A program made the translations under genes and the position numbers. The notes under the pieces are model-generated. The model saw only the letters and a list, made by a program, of their open reading frames with translations. It was not told the DNA's origin and ran no database searches. Below are positions 61,064 to 64,000 of a stretch of 64,000 bases of DNA, piece by piece (the stretch's first letter is position 1; every line of letters starts with the position of its first letter). Source of the stretch: Phoronis australis (Eukaryota > Animalia > Phoronida). The stretch spans positions 376,567 through 440,566 of the forward strand of contig NMRA01000093.1 in assembly GCA_002633005.1 (NCBI GenBank). The letters are read 5' to 3'.

Positions 61064-62979
61064 AGATAATTATTGTAGTTAGGAGCGTTGTGTTGGGGCT
61101 CAGTAAGTGCCACATGGGCAGGGTTGTTCATGGATGAACAATACTGTCCACCGCAACAACCCGGGTATTTACAAACTATTCTGATTTTGTTTGACGGAAT
61201 AAATCTATTAACCATGTGGAATAACCGTGGCAGATCGAAGATGTCGTTAGGGGAGACTGATCACAATTTCCGGAGGACAAACTATCACTTGACAACGCTT
61301 ATTTTGTAGCCGCAGTTCAACTACTATGATCTTCAGGAAGAGACAGCACCTTTTAATGACGGCCTAAACATGGAAATAAAACAAACATGCTTAAAAATTG
61401 CATGCCTTGATAGGGCGCTTGGTGAAGTCATTTTCCATAGTGGTACGAACGGAAAATTTCGGTGCATAATTTGTTTTGCTGGATAACTATTGAATTAATG
61501 TTTGTTTTAGGTGGTGAACAAGAACAATCAAATTGGACACTTATTTGAATGGACCTCTTCGCCCAAATTTTTCATTGGCTTGCACAGGGCCAACTAAATC
61601 GACAATTATTGGGGGTTTGTCACTCCCCTGATACCACCAACACCCNAAAAAAGTTAGTTGCGCCCTCATTTTGCTGATGAGTATAGGCGAGGTTCAACCT
61701 TGAATGAATCGGAGACTGCATCACTGCATAACTTATATCGGTAAATTGGTTGTGAGTTGACGTTTTAACAAGTACGTTCCCATGCAAGCCCACCCGTGCA
61801 AAAGTTAATTGCACACTCCTTTGTTTAGAATACTGTCACACACAGAGGTGTGAATACACAGTGAATGAATCGAGTCACCACGTGGCGAGACCAGCTCAAC
61901 AGCTGCCCCGCAACAGCTTGTGGAACTGGACGTTGTTTTTTCATGGATATTTAAATCGAGACTGGAATATTTACCAGCCAAGAAAACAACAGAAATAACA
62001 CCTAGCAAAGTGGTCTATTGACATCGTTTTTGATGCGCAATATTACAAGATAATGTCAGGGGCGGTGCACCACTTGTTTCAGTGCTGGGCATGGGCGGCC
62101 CGCACCATAGGGGTGTAGCCCCCCCCCCNGCCGCCCGTGATGTCAAATTTTTCATCTTACCGCGTTTGGGTACATGTGGAGACCTCTCGTGGCGCACATA
62201 TCAGTAACAAAATGCACGCTTGTGGATGGCTTACGAAGGAATGGCAATGAATATGACGACCACGGACTGACTGTTTGCCAACAGTGCTGCATGGATTAAG
62301 GTTTCCCATCCCCCTTACTTCTATTTAAGACGTTTGACAGTCCGGGTAATTTTAGCTGCCCCCTTCCCCACAATTTTCGAGCTCTCTAGCGCTGGTTGCC
62401 AGATTCTTTGACCTACATGTACTACTGCTGTCAAAAATGTCACCTGTTTGTTAGCCACGATTTTCACCCTCTGCCCGGTCGCCACTAGGATTACGCAAGC
62501 ATAACAAGGAGATCGAGGCTCTTGCGTCGACGAGACGGGGCTCCTCTGATGTGTAGAGATCGCTCAGGTGTGCTGGCTATAGCTGGATAATCCGGAGCTG
62601 CTGTTTCATTTCTGTTTCAGTTGCCCGGTGTTGTGTCATTGTGGAATAATATATCAAGAACAATTCATCCAACACGCAGTTACAGATTCGCTGTTCTCAA
62701 TAAACGTTTCTCGTAATATGGACGACTGAAAAAGGAATGAAACAATTATGTATAATGTATGTAACTATTTCGAAAAATAAAAACAGAATTGCCTTCTTTT
62801 TGTGAGACGTCTATATGGCGTATGCTTCAAGGGCTTGAATTGTGGTCACGCTGGCCACCCACGGGGATCTCACGTGACTGGCCAGAGCATATTAGTGTTA
62901 AACACTAGCAAACTTTGCTAATTATTCGCGTTGGTTTGAAGCAGCAGATCTGTCTACTAATCAGATGTCCTACATGAGT

Positions 62980-63185
62980 GCACAAGCATTCTTACAAAGT
63001 TGCCCATCTGAACGCACGAGCATTCTTACAAAGTTACCCATCTGAACGCACAAGCATTCTTACAAAGTTGCCCATCTGAACGCACAAGCATTCTTACAAA
63101 ATTGCCCATCTGAACGCACAAGCATTCTTACAAAGTTGCCCATCTGAACACACAAGCATTCTCACAAAGTTGCCCATCTAAACAC
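62980..63185. repeat. 34-bp minisatellite, 6 copies (GCACAAGCATTCTTACAAAGTTGCCCATCTGAAC)
   Basis: Units start at 62980, 63014, 63048, 63082, 63116 and 63150, with no spacers. Confidence 0.95.
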
Positions 63186-64000
63186 CATGTACGAGATTTG
63201 AAGATCACGTGTGATTCATAAATGGTTTAGAATAAGTAATTATTCATTGCCAAGATATGGCAACTAAAGCGACTCAAATCCGTGAGATGTGAAGGTGTGG
63301 TAAAGATTAAATGACTGGCCACTACAAAGTCGAGTCACTCTACTGTTTGCCTGCCAGTGGTCGTAAATACCTTCTTATGTTGTTATCCACTAATTGGACT
63401 TTGTAATTACACTTCATTATTGCGTAGACAAAACTGTGAATTGTTGTTTGCTTACAGCCCTCGATGAATAACTCAGAGGTTTGGGATGTTTTAGAGAACA
63501 AAGGCATTATCGGAATCTTCGGTCGAGAAAGCAATCACTAATAAAGATAGATGATGGTGTGGCGTGACTGGTTTGCTCTACGATGTCGAGAACGATTGGG
63601 AACTGGTGGAAACGCCAGGATGGCGACGACGACGATGATGATGATGACGTCTCCTGCGTTACACAGTGTTGAAAATCGTCCATTTCGAAATGCGCAATCA
63701 TGAATTACAAGTTTTAAAGAATTAACATATTATTGAAATAACAGTAACTAATAAATGGGAAAACTCCAGAATTAGAGTGCAGTATATTTAGTATACAGCT
63801 TTGCCGCGCCAAGGCTAGTTGTAACCGAGAACCATAACGCCCGTTTGTTGACTTGACTAAAACGTCACATTGGAAAAAATGAGTTTCATTTTGTTCTAAA
63901 ATTTACGCAATGAATAAAATTATAATTATTTAGCTCAAAAGTGTGCAACGTCGTTGGTTTTTGGTTAGATCTATAAGTTTTAAATGTTGACCTTCTTTCA

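Noticed and set aside
62980-63185. CRISPR-like array (repeat length 34 bp)
   Set aside because: Units are contiguous with no unique spacers, there are no cas genes, and the context is eukaryotic.
61088-63701. Short ORFs suggesting a second gene near the right end
   Set aside because: No recognisable protein motifs and no consistent splice-linked exon chain.

Overview
Eukaryotic, intron-rich and repeat-rich genomic DNA. It is AT-rich with CpG largely retained, most consistent with a bilaterian invertebrate, and has two N bases at 61646 and 62129. The only host gene I can support is the 5' half of a vesicular monoamine transporter (VMAT, SLC18A1/A2 pro-orthologue) on the minus strand. It has seven coding exons from ATG 22137 down to the window edge, all with GT-AG boundaries and a continuous frame, plus a probable 5'UTR exon. 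The ~41 kb upstream is TE-rich with no supportable host gene. It holds decayed LINEs (L1/Tx1-like, RTE-X-like, R1/LOA-like with RNase H), a DIRS/Ngaro RT fragment, a Penelope GIY-YIG remnant, many MITEs with readable TSDs, and micro/minisatellites. Four observations stand out. (i) A 4.27-kb block bounded by two direct-orientation MITE modules shares one 5-bp TSD and splits the R1/LOA LINE ORF, resembling a composite transposon. (ii) A ~135-bp degenerate tandem array in VMAT introns carries a co-oriented CTCF-like motif in most units. (iii) Two Penelope-type minimal hammerhead-like motifs have a non-canonical UUGACAA core. (iv) A ~900-bp foldback element lies inside a VMAT intron. No prokaryotic features, CRISPR arrays or intact tRNA/rRNA genes were seen. 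All family assignments come from motif recognition by eye, not from database searches.
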